Origin: Hydrolagus affinis
Taxonomy: Eukaryota
Assembly: GCA_012026655.1 (NCBI GenBank)
Contig: JAAILG010001328.1
Span: 1 to 64,000 of the forward strand
Direction of reading: 5' to 3'
Length of the DNA: 64,000 bases
Each line of letters begins with the position of its first letter. The stretch's first letter is position 1. Below the pieces are notes generated by a model. The model was not told the origin of the DNA. It was given only the letters and a program-made list of their open reading frames with translations, and did not search any database. Of this stretch, positions 23,225 to 36,545 are shown one piece after another. The position numbers and the translations under genes are program-made.

Positions 23225-23540
23225 ACAGGCCGAAGTGACCATTGATGTACATGTGAGCCTTGACAGGCTTTGGTTGACTATTTAATTGTAAGTAGCATTG
23301 GAATCTGATCCTGTCTTCACTCAATATCCACGCACACACACACACACACACACATTCTCTCCCCAGCAGGAGGTCTACTGGATTGCAATCTGGAGTGGGA
23401 AATCTGACTGATTTTCTTCTTTCTACTCTGCACAATGTAATGCCCTAATTGCCTGTTGGCTCAGATCAGCAAACTCAGTACAGATTGAGGATTGAACCTG
23501 GGATTACTCTTTCCTCTTCTGAATCTGTTGAGTCATAGTT
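23225..23540 (-). mobile_element. LF-SINE-like element containing a (CA)n expansion
   Basis: aagtgaccatt...catgtgagccttgacag...ccagcaggaggtctactggattgc...gactgattttc...agatcagcaaactcagtacaga...attgaacctggga. Confidence 0.65.
23333..23354. repeat. (CA)11 microsatellite
   Basis: Direct observation. Confidence 0.95.
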
Positions 23541-23635
23541 GGCTATATTTCAATAGCGTCAATCGGTACCTTGATTAGGTGATCATTCCTCAATGTGTGA
23601 GCTTCCACAATGAGTTCCAGCAGGCAAATTGACTG

Positions 23636-23720
23636 TGAACATAAGAACATAAGAAATGTTAGACGAAAAAGACCAAAGCCCATCTAGTTCGCCTTTATGG
23701 CCGTTCCATGCACATATGTC
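23636..23720 (-). mobile_element. CR1 extreme 3' end
   Basis: aacataagaacataagaa octamer repeat, then gaccaaagcccatctagttc. Confidence 0.6.
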
Positions 23721-23859
23721 CAGAAGGATATCATAGCCAAGCTTGATGAAGTGCATTCTAAGGAGAATGCTATGCTGGGTGCAATCCAATAACACTGAGC
23801 CTGATCTACCTTTCCAGCTGAAGAGTGACCTTGTTTAAGGTACCTTCATTTAGGGTTGA

Positions 23860-24152
23860 TAAGCCTCTGACATGATATAAACAATGGGCCAAGTACCTGT
23901 GGTCATCAAGTGGATGTTAAAGATTGTATGGTACAATTAGAAAAGATTAGAGAGTTTCTCTTGGTGTCCTGGCCAATATTTACTCAGATAAAATTGACCT
24001 TCACTTCGTGGTTGTTCGTGGGACGTTGCTGTATGCAAATTGGCTTCTGCATTCATGTACAAAATATGCACTTATTACACTTATAGTAAATCCTATGAAG
24101 TGCTTTGAGGTATCTCAACGGCTAGGTGCTATATCAATTGCAAAGGTTATTA
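23860..24152 (+). mobile_element. Older Deu-domain SINE
   Basis: gtggatgttaaaga...ggtgtcctggccaatattt...gtgggacgttgctgtatgcaaattggct...gtgctatatcaattgcaaagg. Confidence 0.75.
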
Positions 24153-24184
24153 TCATTTATAATTATAATTCTATGTAAACTCAA

Positions 24185-24920
24185 CAGCCCAAAGCTTACT
24201 AGCAGCCTCTAGTGACAGAGATTAATTACTGCCATGTTAACTGATTTTCTTTCAGGACATGGAGCGTGTAGGTTCACAGTGCAAATTTAGATTAAATGGA
24301 ACTCATTGGTCTTTGCATTTTGCTTAGTTGCCGAGCAATAAATGTGGATGTTTTAAAACCATTTTGCATCCCAGCAAATGACACTGTACAGAGCCATTTG
24401 TTTGAGCAAGTTGCCAGTCAGAGGAAAACTACGTTTATTTTTATACTTCAATGGCTTTAACTTCACTAATAATAAATAAATGACAAACTCCTTATTTAAT
24501 GGAACTAATTTCAAGTTTGTTTTGATATGGCAGTGAATAAAAATCATTCATTAAACAAGCCCGTTAATCAATAAGGTTCCATGCAAATTAAAGTACAGCT
24601 GTACTGTTTCAATGAAATTCCTAAAGCATGTCATCCTGCTTAGACATGACAAAACATACTGTTCTTTGGCCAAGCTTAACAACTTGCTGAGAATAAGTTC
24701 CCAGCACCATTTCAAAACCAACATCTTTGCAATTAAAATAAATCAACTTTATTGCAACAGTGCTATTTAAATTTTTTAAAATCCCAACATTTCCAAATGC
24801 CTTCGTTTCATGTTGACTTCATTTTTTCTCTTCAGTTATTATTACAAAGAGGACCGTTCTGTGAATAGGCTAGATGCCTCGGGCAAGATGGCATTAACTG
24901 TGACCTCTGCTCTTGCACTG
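24185..24920. promoter_or_regulatory. Candidate conserved non-coding element / enhancer
   Basis: No recognised repeat; octamer ATGCAAAT 24581-24588, TGACAG 24213-24218, many TAAT cores. Conservation not tested. Confidence 0.35.
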
Positions 24921-26589
24921 AATTCCTTCCCAGCTGGAAAGCAATGCTTCAGGAAAGGGTTAGTTCACTGATGGCCAGAACCTGCTGGGCCTAGGCCTGT
25001 TAACCTGCCAAGGAAGTAAGCAGCTTGAAGGGCCTTTTGCCTTCTGAATTATCTTGGAGTAGCCTGCAGCCTGGTAAGTCTTACCATCACTTGTGAAGAC
25101 ATGGATTTGATTAATCTTTATGCAGCCTTTGTAGAATAATGTTTGGGATAACTTAGAAAACATAAGGACAGGTCCATTGCTAATTCATTTTTTTGCGCTT
25201 TTTTTCAGAGAGGAAGGAGAAGATTAGGACAAACACCAAAAAAAAAGAACGGGGCTGAGCCGCATAGGAAACAAAAATGTAAAGACCCCATATAAATAAT
25301 TCCTAAGGTTTTTTTTTGGACATGTATTTCCTAAAAATATATATTTGGCAGTATGCAATATATATTAATAACAGATCCGTGTCCGAAAGGAAACAAATAA
25401 GTGTTGAAGCCAGAAGCTTTGTATTCGCAGTGACAAATGAATTTTAACTAGTTTGGTTGAAGTTTCAGTATGAAGAAAAGATAAATGCTGCAATTCATGG
25501 CTTTCTTTAATAGGTGTAGAGGTAGTACTCTGCTGATTTATTTTAGTAGATACTACGAAGATTTACTCCTCAGAAGGCTGGAGATTTTGAAGACTTCTAA
25601 GATGAGTATTCAGTAAATTCTTGAAAATTCTGCTTTTCTACAATTATTTATAATTATGCCCAATTGTTGGTGCTCTGAAAACTGCTGCATGCTGAGTTTT
25701 TTCTGTGTGTTAACTAAGAGCAGATTCTTTACTTGCGTGATCACTGTGTTTATTTATTCTCACATTAAGGGGTTTTAAAATCTTCTATTCACATGTCTCT
25801 CTTTGCTTTCCAGAGTTAAAAAGTACTATAATTGCAGACCTGATTTGATTCTGAAGCCTAGGACACAAATTAATGTTGAATCAGAAAGATTATGTGTTTT
25901 CTGTAACCTTTGGTTTTACATAGAAACTTTGGCTTTGGAGACCATTCGGGCCCATTGCATTTGTGCGACCACGACTGGTGTCTGGCCAGTGTTTACTGCT
26001 GTTGAGAGTATGTAGGTAAGGCGGATACCACTGAATGTGACAGCTATGATAGTGAGCTAGGATATTGGCGTCTGGATGTCCTTGATGTAGACTAACTTCA
26101 TTTATATCCTGTAAACAGAGGTTTAGCTTCTTCAGGAAACACCATTCACAAGTGACTGTGGTGTGACGTCAGACTCACTATTTTAAGGATCTGCATCTTG
26201 AAGAAGGAGGAAATAATTGAAAATTGTAAACCTTTAGAGATGAACCCAAAGACTAGAGATGAACTTTGAACACCAATTCTTAGTTTTGAATGGTAAACAC
26301 AGGTTGACCGAAAGGAAATATACAGCAGAAATAAATATATTCAGTATTCAGTCCTGCTGTATTCGGATTCTGTCATAACTTGACAGGACCATATTCATAA
26401 ATAGGATAGGGCAATGCTTACCAGAGAATTTTCAACTGTCGAAGTCTTTGCCTTGTGAATGGTTTGGGAACAAATATATAATTAATTCAAAGGAAAGTAA
26501 GCTCATACAAATATAAAATTCAACGGTTTCACGAGGAACCTTGACAAATGCAAGGACTATTATTTATAAAATAAAAAAGGAAAGTCAAT

Positions 26590-26772
26590 GTTGCATCTTT
26601 TATGCTGAATTAGATATTTATTTAGGGAGAACAGGTCTGTTAGATTATGGGGAGAGAGCTGGGGAGAGAGCTGGGCAGAGGGATTGAGTTGCTCTTTTCA
26701 AAGAGCCGGCACAGTTTAGATGGCCGAATGGCCTCCTTTTGTGCCGTAAAATTCTATGATTCTATGATTCTA
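26590..26772 (+). mobile_element. CR1 LINE 3' end
   Basis: gctcttttcaaagagccggcac...ggccgaatggcctcc...(attctatg)n terminal repeat. Confidence 0.85.
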
Positions 26773-28479
26773 AATTATCTGGTAGATGCTGATAAAATGC
26801 CATGATTGCTTTTTCATTTATTTTTCATGTGGATCACAGTACAAATAGTATATGACACCAATGATTGTGCAGTGAAAATTAGGTCTCGGGTGCTTGTATG
26901 AATGTTCTTTTCCTTCAGAGTTATTCACTTAAATACTAGCTATAAGAGAAATTGCAAACCCACTCCTTCAATTTATTCTGAAAAATGACCTCTGTACAAA
27001 ATGTTTGTTATCTGAGCAAAGCTTCCCAAGGTCCCACTGCATCATGGAGGTGCAGGTTTGTTCTTTCATACAGGGATTGGTCTATGTGGAGTTTCCTTTC
27101 AAAGAAAAATAAGCTTTATCAGTAGGAACTCATGCGGATAAAGAGACTGCATTAGAACTGCACAGTAAGTCATCAACGCTTTAGACCTTTCATGAGGTTA
27201 ATAAAATATCCCAAGATCTTAAGTGAAGAGCTTATTTTGCCAACTACCGGTTTGAGAATATGAACCAGGAAATGGCATAGGCTGGGGAACCAATGGAAAT
27301 AACTGTAAAGTCTTAAAGGAATATATCTGGAAGTCCAATGGACTCACAAAGTGGTATTGGATGTCTAGGTTTACACACTCTGTGAGCATTTAGTTCTCTC
27401 TATAGATGGCCTTTACTACTGTTTATCATTTGAGGCAGTGTACTTGGTAGGATCCAAGAAATGTTTGCAATATATCTAAGTGCAGGCCAAGATATCCAGA
27501 ACCACTGCACTGTCTGCTGAGCCTATGACTACTGTTGCTCTGACAGAGCTTTTCGAAGCACAGTAAAAATTATTTTATACATTTGAAGATTTTCTTCTCT
27601 AATAATCTCACTAAACAGGAAATATTGCTTTTAGGAGAGAGTTGACGACTTTGTGTTTTTTCTTTCAGTAAATCTGCTTCTCAATTAGATAACAAGGACA
27701 CTAATCTGCCAGACTGATGTGTGCAGTGGGAATCTACCTAGAGTAATGGCAACATCTGATCCTTTGCAGAGTAGTGATTCCTCATCTGTTGAATGTTTTC
27801 CATTGGCTGTGGCTGCTTGGAAGTAGCCACAGGATGGAAACTATTATGGAATGCAATCCCTCTGGAAATGAGAAATAATGGAAACTGAAAACTAAATGAC
27901 CCAGTGGTATTTTTTTTTACATCTTTGGTCTCCGAATTGCTATCCATTTTTAGACAGTATCAATGGGAAATCTAAACAAAATGTTTGGTCAATGTAATCA
28001 CAAACAATACTGGTGTAGAATACAGTTACACTATATACACAGCATCAGTAAGTGGGTGTAATGGCCCTTCACTTTGCACTTTGAGGGAGATGGTGAGATA
28101 TTGCATTCTTGTCTATGAAAGAGAGGGAACAGCAGATAACCACATACATGTGAAGCAAAATGAGACAAACAACCTTCAGGTCTGCAGTGGTTCTGGTCAG
28201 TGGGTTAAGATATTGTGGAAGCGCTGAGGTGGTGTGGTGGGTGGAAACCACTTTAACCACTAAACAAACTGAAAGATCATCCACAAATTTACAAGTACCA
28301 GAGTTTTGATTGCAACATTTGTTAGAAGCAACTTTACCCACACTTGTAAAAAAAATTAAGTATAGAAACAAATGATTTTTAAGTGCATATTGAAACTATT
28401 TGAACACTTTATTTTTTGAAATTTTATTATTTTCTGTTGTATTAGTATCCACAAGATTTTAGTTTTCCCACTAGTTAGT

Positions 28480-29400
28480 TATAGTTATAACTAAAGTTTT
28501 GCAATTAGTTTTCAATTAGCATATGCTTCAAATGTATTAATTAATTAAATGGATTAATCAAATGGATTGTTAATGCAACCAGTAAAATCCTTAGATCAAA
28601 GCAAAACATCTCTATTTACAATTCTCTTAACAAACAAAGCAATGGTAATTTGGTGCCCTTAAAATCGCTCGTAAACTTTATTTTACAAATGTAATTGATC
28701 AAATTCATTAATGGGTTTTTTACTGAAATGCAAAGAAAGAGGGAGAGATTACACTGAATGTGCTTCTCCGGGAAGATGTATTGAAGGAGTAAATAACTTG
28801 TCGGACTTCATTGACACAAGGAATGTTGTAGCCTTGGTCTGTGTGAGAACACCAGCTGATAGCCACTTGCTCTGGAGACGTGTTTATGCAGCGAGGAGAT
28901 GTTTGGTGTCAGACAGAGAGCAAGGAGATAAAGCTACAAATAACAGTCTGTCATGGCAGCCTTGTCTACTTCTTGGTTATGGCTGAGTGTTGAGCTTTAA
29001 ATAAATATTGATGGGAAATATGGCTTTCCCTTTGCAGTGCAGATTGTTTGGAATGCTGTAGTATACAAAGAAGGAATTTTAACGCCTCAGACACAGGGGC
29101 TCTGATATACTGGTAGCAGTGATGCTTGATAGCCCCCTGCTGAACCCCCATGTTAATTTAAGCCACCCACAGTGAACGCATTCAAATCCACAAAATAAAA
29201 AGCAGCCTGCCTACTTGTCACTAAATACTTTTGTTAGTTGTAAAAGCAGTCTGATTATGATGGTGCCCTTTTGGAAACATTCCATGGCACTCTTCATGGG
29301 AACTACAACATGACAGAAATTTATTTTGGCTTTGTAAATGCCTCTCAATGCTCATTAGTTTCTCCTTATCTATCTTGTCACTTGATTGTCTTCATGTTTA
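28480..29400. promoter_or_regulatory. Candidate conserved non-coding element / enhancer
   Basis: No recognised repeat; dense TAAT/ATTA, AACAAAG, CTCGTAAA 28668-28675, CTGTCA. Conservation not tested. Confidence 0.4.
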
Positions 29401-29849
29401 TTTTTGCATAAAATAATGAAATCTAACTTCTTTGTAAATGTGTACTGTCAGAGACAATGTAGGCACTTGTCAAATGGGTTCAGATTCTCGATACTGACCA
29501 AGTTATCCTTCACTTATTCAGACAGAGAATAATGGGGGAGGGGCTCTAATTTGGGTGTTTCTTGACAAGATTCCTTGATTAAATCCCATTATAATTCACA
29601 TCAAATCACAGGAACTGGTGGGGAAGTGGGGTGCTCTGGAAGTACTGTACAATGCTTTGGAGCATTTTATCAGTGTGATTGTACTGTCAGTTTCCCTAAG
29701 AAACCTCCTTTTCACAATTGGATCATTCTTTCAACAACAACATGCAGTTACATAGCCCTGCCCTCCATGTTGGGTAGTGTCGCAGACGCACCCCAACAGT
29801 GATGGAGCCTGATGCCAAGCTAGGGGTGGGTGGGGGGAAGCGGCCACAA

Positions 29850-29950
29850 ACATGGTAAAGAGGAAGGTTTTCAGGCGGGACTTAAAAAAGGGGCAGAAAG
29901 CGGCAAGCCGGAGGGATTAAGAGAGAGTGTTCCAGAGTTTGGGGGAGTGT
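29850..29950 (-). mobile_element. L2 LINE fragment
   Basis: ggttttcaggcgggacttaaa...gagagtgttccagagtttggggg, reverse complement of L2 ORF2 end. Confidence 0.55.
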
Positions 29951-30269
29951 CAGGACTGTTGTTAGGATGCACTGCAGTTTGAATCTCAGTGTATGAGCTC
30001 ATATGATGCTTTCAGAATGAGTAACCCAGCCAAACAAAAAGGAAACACCAGTGCAAGTGTCTGGTCAGAACCATGACTTGTATTGCATTATTAGTATTCA
30101 CAACTCACGAGGGAAGGTGTCCAGAACTATTCAATGTATTAACTTTGAACTTGGGTCCAATCAATCTCCTGAACTTGAAACATGGAAATTTATCATTCTC
30201 CGTTTATTTAGAATTTTTGGGGGTCCTGTGTAAATAATGGCAAAAAAGTATCCATGAATGTTAAGCAGC

Positions 30270-30462
30270 TTCGCATCCTCACTCAAAATTCACACGCATG
30301 CACTTTCCAGCATGAGTCATTGGTTTGTGATCAGAGACAGATCGAATTTTCCACCTCTATAACACTGGGGTGTTGAGGTGCTGCAGAGTGTTAATTCCTG
30401 CTTGGCTTGACTGTGATTAGCTAACTCAGGGCAGACTAAGTATCAAATTTGCAACTTTCTGC
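30270..30462 (-). mobile_element. LF-SINE-like fragment
   Basis: atcctcactcaa...cacacgcatgcactttccagcatgagtcattgg...gatcag...gattagctaactcagggcagac. Confidence 0.65.
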
Positions 30463-30477
30463 AGCATAATAACGCAT

Positions 30478-30582
30478 ATAATCCTTGCATTTGATACAGT
30501 GCCTTATCATGTCTTCGAGACATCTCAAAGCACTTACAGAATATTCTGTAAAGCAAATTGACTGTATATTTTGTGGGCAAAA
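30478..30582 (-). mobile_element. Young SINE tail fragment
   Basis: taatccttgcatttgatacagtgcc...gagacatctcaaagcac. Confidence 0.8.
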
Positions 30583-30714
30583 GTATATACCCATAGTTTA
30601 TAGCTCCTTGTGGCAGTAAAACTTTAAGAGTGTTTTCTAAAAAAAAGGATTTTAATTCAGAGACGTTCCTACTGCAGAGAAATGGAAAGTAGCACTAACT
30701 TATCCTGTATCTTA

Positions 30715-30850
30715 AAGCATTTCACGGGATTTATAATGAAGAGCAGTGACTGTGTAGGCAAAATTGGCAGCCAACTAGCGCACACCAGTGTCCTACAAAC
30801 AGCCCTGAAAAGAATGACCAATTTTATCTGGGAGATTGTTGACTGGATAA
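30715..30850 (-). mobile_element. Deu-domain fragment
   Basis: ggcagccaactagcgcacaccagtgtcctacaaacagc...aatgaccaa. Confidence 0.65.
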
Positions 30851-31759
30851 AATGCATTCATCACTAAAGAAAAGGAAAATCTTCTGCATTGTCACAAATG
30901 TCAGTACTGTACTGTATACAGCTAGAAACTTTGGTGGATGCAACTCTTTGGTGGATGCAACTCACATAACTTGCTTCTGCAGATCTGCAATTCTTAATTT
31001 TTTTTTACCACATTTTGAATTAGCAGCAATGGGCAGAATCTTAAACCCAATATGCCTTGATAACTTTGCTTTGTGCCTCCCCATGATTTCTCTTTGTTTG
31101 GAATCAAGATGAATGAAAGGGTAAAAATATCCCAATTACAGAATCCACTGAATATTAGACTAAATACAAATCAATGATCAATGTGTGAAACAATATGGAA
31201 GTTTAAGGATTTATCTACACAGTTCTAGCACAAGCTCAGGTTTTTAATGGTTGTGCTGTTTTTGTCTGCAGTCTGGCCACCACAGTGTGAGTTGTATGCC
31301 TCGGCTGTTTTTATACAAAACTTCACAACCTTTGAAGATCTAACCTCTAAAGTACCATAAATAAAATTAACGGGTGGGTTTCATTTGTGAATGTTAGTAT
31401 AATTCCCTTGAACACAAAAAAAAGCTCCAATATGCATTCATGGAGTTGATGACAAAACCTAGCTTATTTATGATTCTCTTCTCAAATAAATTATTTGCAT
31501 TCAGTGGTCCCTGTGCCTAATGCCCTTGAACACTTTTCCATACATATACACACAAAATCTTACTGTCGCAAACTGCTGTTTCAATGGTTTTCATAAGAGC
31601 CGTCAACTTCCAATTATATTTTTGAATGTTCCATTTTTTTTGCCTTACTTTAAAAAAGAGACAGGACATGTTCTCACATAGAAAAAGTGCACATGAAACA
31701 CTTACAGATCAAAGTTGTTTTTCACAACTTCATAGTTGTCTATGAACTAGACTTACAAA

Positions 31760-32120
31760 AGGGCTCCTCTGATGGCTCAGTTAATAAAAGCTACTGGCCA
31801 GGATGAAGCTGAGCTACGCAGACAGTAACGTTGATCTGTGGACTGTGCTGAATTAGCAGCAAAGCTCCTATGTTTTCATGGTCCCAGAGTTGAGGAGGTG
31901 GGGATATGAAAATCACCCGTGGTCTTTTCTTTTGATTACTATCCGTATCCAGATGAAAATGCACATTATTCGAAAATAGGGTTGGGCTGAACTTTGGCTT
32001 TGAGACCCTCTGGAATCCAAAAGTCTTCTAAAACTTATTATTCAGTCTCACACAGGAGGAATGGCCATTCAGGTGAAGTACCTATAAAGCGCTTGGAAAC
32101 TATGGAATTGTACCCAAGTT
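31760..32120 (+). mobile_element. LF-SINE-like element
   Basis: gatggctcagttaata...gctgagc...ctgtgctgaattagc...aaaatcacc...gattactatcc...gaatggccattcaggtgaagtacc...atggaattgtaccc. Confidence 0.65.
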
Positions 32121-32164
32121 TACATCTGTTAAATTACAATTGTAATGAAACAGTAAAAGTTATA

Positions 32165-32400
32165 TTCATTTACAATAGTTTGTTTCACCTCAGGAGGACA
32201 TCACAAACCGCTCAACACTGCTGGCTAGGCACCTGAGCTGGGATGTGTGGGAGTCAAAGGGGTTTGGGAAAGGAAAGATGACTGAAAGCATGTATTTGAC
32301 ATAGGCTTTGAATGCGGGGAGGAGACACTCTGAGGTGGAGTTCCAGAGTGAGACAGCAGAACAGCTGAAAGCTCATCTGCTGATGTTGGGGCATTTAGAC
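32165..32400 (-). mobile_element. L2 LINE 3' fragment
   Basis: tttcacctcaggaggacatcacaaaccgct tail, then ggagttccagagtg...cagctgaaagc. Confidence 0.6.
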
Positions 32401-32914
32401 CAAGAGCCCAAATTCATCTTCAAGACAAGATAGCAGAAAATTGGAGAGAGCAAAACAAATTAACATCACTTTGTGCAAACCAAGTTCCAAATTAGGACTG
32501 AATTTAAGAATGTTCCATAATTCTGCATGGTTGTGAATTTTAAGACAAAATGATCTTTAAGGACAGGACAGAAATTTGAGCTGTGACTTCCACTGCGGTT
32601 CTGAAGCTTGCTCAAATAATCATTAACAATTGCCAACGGGGAAGATAGTAATGCTAATAAGATGACCAATAGATGGAAAAATTAGTCAAAGATCTTCAGA
32701 AGAGGAAGTTGCAAATCGAGCAGAAGTCAATTATTACATTATATGTACTTCAAATGTTTATAACTGAGAAATACAACGTATAATTTTGTACAGATTTAAA
32801 GATGTTTTACGGCTGTCGGCCTAATGTTATTTACACTGCAGCAGAATGATGATAGATTGGTCTGGGTTCTGCGGCTTTTAAACCACATAATCAATAATCC
32901 ATTAGCAACAGAGA

Positions 32915-33260
32915 GAGGGTAGCCTGGTGGTTTCAGCAGCCAAGTGTGGGACTTCCAGGCTGAAAAATCTATGTTTAAATCTCAACCTTAACAGATGGTT
33001 GAACTTGACAGCCCTCAGTGAGTGACTCCAATATGTTTGGATGTTTGATCGTCAAAATGCTCCATCTTAGAGGGAAGGAAAATTAGTGTCACCACTGCCT
33101 CGTCTCTCAGAAGAGCCTCTCTTTCCAGCCAGGGATGTACTACGATTGATTGCAGCCTTGCAGACATCTGCAGTCCCGACTGTTTCAGTCAATGTGGCGG
33201 GAAGCATTTTGTGAGGTAGATGGGCTGGAGTACAGGAACTCAACATCTAATTAAAGTATA
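32915..33260 (+). mobile_element. Ancient tRNA-SINE-like relic
   Basis: gtagcctggtggtt...tgtttaaatctc (degenerate A/B boxes)...gtctctcagaagagcc; loosely AmnSINE2-like. Confidence 0.3.
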
Positions 33261-34164
33261 CACGGTTAGGAAAATAGCATTGGTTAAAAAACAGAAAGAA
33301 ACAAAAAACTTTCAATATTTGATATGTGTTTAAACTGGCTTTACTGCAACCATTTTCTACAGTTTATCCTACAGAAATATTTTGAAAGCGAGAAGTTAAG
33401 AAGCTCTGATTACATTATGAATGTGAATATTGTATTAACAATTTTTACATTTTGTCATGAGCTTTTTACTGTATAAGCTGTTCCATTGACACTGACAGAG
33501 TCTGACTCAGTAGCAAAGGAAGATTGTGGAGGCACTCGAATCAGACAAAGGGAATCCATGAGCCAGAAACCAAGGACATCTAATACAGTGCATGTGTTTC
33601 ACAGCACATTTGGAATCTAGTTTTGTTTGCAGGGCTAGAAGTTTGGTCAGAAGAACGGCTGGTATAGAACAACAATAGGGAGCTGTGGCTTACTTAAAAA
33701 TCAATGTCGGGAACTAAAAGGACTTAGCCCACAAGTGTGAAGGATTTGTAGGTTACTTAGCTTCCCATGTCACAAGTTTGTTTATTTTTTTTGGAAAACC
33801 CACAGCTCACGAACCACATATCTGGTTTGTATCACAGGTTTGTGTGGTTTAAGAACAAAAGTACTGAAAATTATTAAGTTTAAAGTGGCGGTGATACCTC
33901 TAGCTCCAAATGTGACCCGAGGTCGGGTGATGTCACAGAAATCACTTCCAGGTGGAAAACAAACAAACCACAAATAAACCACTGGTACAAAGACCACACA
34001 AGGGGTTTAGCATGTACTTTGTTACCAGTCCCCTGTTTTTTTTATCAATGGTTAAACACTCACATTCTCCAAAGAGACAATCAATACTGATTACTGACAA
34101 ATAAATTGCTCACCCAGAAACAGGGCGTCTTTAGTTAAGAGAAGGGGGAGAAAGTGTCAAATAT

Positions 34165-34440
34165 TTAAATTTCCTGATTCGTGCTGCTTTTGTTGATCGC
34201 AGCCAGGGACAAAGTAGAGAGGCATTACAGGTAGTTTTAGAAAACCTGTGTTGGGAGAGGAAATCAGTCAGGGTTTACATTCCTAACCATTAACTAGTGA
34301 CCCCTGCTGGAATGTGTCTGCGTCTGCACATGTAAATGATGGGCAAGTATAGAATCGGGCTTAGCAGTCCCACGTTCAGCCAATACCGACTTCGAGACTA
34401 GTATATCAGCAAACGACTGGGAGGGGAGGTAATTGGCTTC
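34165..34440 (+). mobile_element. LF-SINE-like element
   Basis: gggagaggaaatcagtcagggttt...tagtgacccctgctggaatgtg...gggcaagtatagaatcgggcttagc, best-preserved LF-SINE core in window. Confidence 0.7.
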
Positions 34441-34889
34441 AATACAATTGTACTGGTCACAAGTGATTTTAACATAAGTAGGTTGAAAAATGGAAGAGGA
34501 AATTGATTTTAAGTTAACAAACTCTGTCAAATATCTTGCATTTCTGCATGTCCCGCTTTTAAACATCGAATTTTCACTGTTAGAAACACGAAGAAATTAG
34601 ATGTTGAAAATGCTGCATGAAATGCATTGTAGAATTTCAGCACTTGCAAGGTTATTTATTCCTGTTTATGCTTTAGATGCGAGTAGTAAAGCTATAAATT
34701 TATTTCATGTCAGATTCCAGAAGAGGCTTGACATTAAGCAATACTTAAAAAAAAACCATGTCATTTTTGACACATTATAAGTAACTGGATCTTTAAATAG
34801 ACTGTTTAGTTACACACTCCTTTCATCTAGAAACCCAGTCACTGTTAACGGCATGACTTTGAAATCTATGTAATCTATCAATGAAAAGC

Positions 34890-35175
34890 TTGCTGGACAA
34901 GCTATGTAATTTTAGCTGGTTAAACTCCAGCAGTACCCCCAACACACACTCTGGAATCCCTAAACCTTGGTTCTTTGCAACCTTTGCGCCTAATACTCTC
35001 TGGAATTATGTAAGCCGGGTGCATTCCTCCAGGGAGCGAATGCACATTCCATTCAGGACACAGGGAAATTTCCATGTAGATGTGGCTTATATAGGTGGAA
35101 CTTTCAGTTGGGTTTGGATACTCTTAACCACGGTGAAAAACGTGCACATATGTTAGATACCACGCTGGCCAAAAT
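34890..35175 (+). repeat. Unclassified hairpin-rich interspersed repeat (copy of ~10722-11045)
   Basis: tgctggacaagc...ttagctggttaaactccagcagtacccccaacacacactc...ctccagggag...ttggatactcttaacc...gttagataccacgctggccaaaa. Confidence 0.75.
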
Positions 35176-36064
35176 AATATGTTTACATCATAAAACTTCT
35201 TGAAGCTCTTGAAGCGCTTTGCAAAATAGAATTGATTAGAAATGAGGTAAAGGTTATACTGTAATACATAATGGTATGTCAAAGAGCCGGAATGGTCATG
35301 ATGGGCTGAATAGCCTCCTTCTGTGCTGCATAATTCTATGTAGGTAAGGCAGATGGAACCTAAAATTAATAATAATCAAAGAATCTTGAAAATCTTGACC
35401 ATTTTGAAATTAAATAGTACGATTGTATGTAATATAGAATACTGTAATGTAGGTTGAGTGTTGACAAAGGCCAAGTACAGGGTGTAATCACAGCCAAAGA
35501 GCCTTTACTCAGTTCATATGTTATGTTTTAGATGATGCATGGAGAGCATATTGGAATTTGAATTAATACAGGCCCTAAGAATGGGACGGAAATGTCCTGA
35601 AGTAATTATGTAGCAGCACTGAAGACAAGAAACATTTCAAAATCATGGAAAATACTCTCTTTTGACACTTGAACATAAATATTTTCAGGAGGACTGGAAG
35701 AGGACATATTTAAACAATTAAGAGATTAGCATTTTTTTAAGGGGCCATAAATGGGTTTGAGTATGCACTAAATGTATGAATTAGAAATGTATTCACTATT
35801 ATCAATATCAGGGCAAATTGCTTCAGTTTAACAAAGTCAGTTTCTACAGATATTGAAAAGAGGATATTTGGCTGAAGGAAAAACATTCCCTTCACATGGT
35901 GAATAGTGAAGGGAAATGCATTTAAGATAACCAGGCAGGATTTGTTTTTGTAGGTAAGCTCTTGTTACCATCGAGCATTTGGGCTTTATCAGATGAAGTA
36001 TTCCACATGTATTTCAAACAAATTGTTTGACAACTATTATAATGTAAATAGCATTCTTTAGACA

Positions 36065-36545
36065 TTTAAGGTTGTGGGTTCAAGCCCCACATCGACACTT
36101 GAGTTTATTGTCTAGGTTAATTCTCCAGTGCAGTACTGGATGAGCACTGGTTGTGCTGCCTGTGTATTCAGGTGGATGTTAAGACATCCCATTACATTAT
36201 TTGAAAAGATTAGGGAGTTGGTCATGTGTACTGATCAAGTGAAAAACAGTCCCTACACTTTCCATTAAAATCCTGTAAAGCGCTTTGAGACAGCCTTCCA
36301 ACACGAAAGGCGCTATATCAAATGCAAGGAATATTATTATTCGATATGATACATGCACGTAAAGCAATGTTATAATATCAACCACATTTTGCAAGATCAA
36401 TCGGTCATTCACTGTATGTGTGGGACCTGGCTGTGTGTGAAATGGCTGCCACAAATGGTCAGTACTACACGTGACTGTAACTATCATAAATCACTTTGAG
36501 ACTTTCGACATATAAGACGCTATAAAAATGCAAGATCTTTTTCTT
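36065..36545 (+). mobile_element. Older Deu-domain SINE with internal insertion (~36239-36377)
   Basis: aaggttgtgggttcaagccccac...ttcaggtggatgttaaga...[insert]...ggtcattcactgtatgtgtgggacctggctgtgtgtgaaatggctgcc...aaatgcaagatcttt. Confidence 0.75.

Noticed and set aside
30932-30963. Small tandem duplications (also 19842-19864, 26649-26674, 63828-63855)
   Set aside because: Ordinary 10-17 bp slippage duplications
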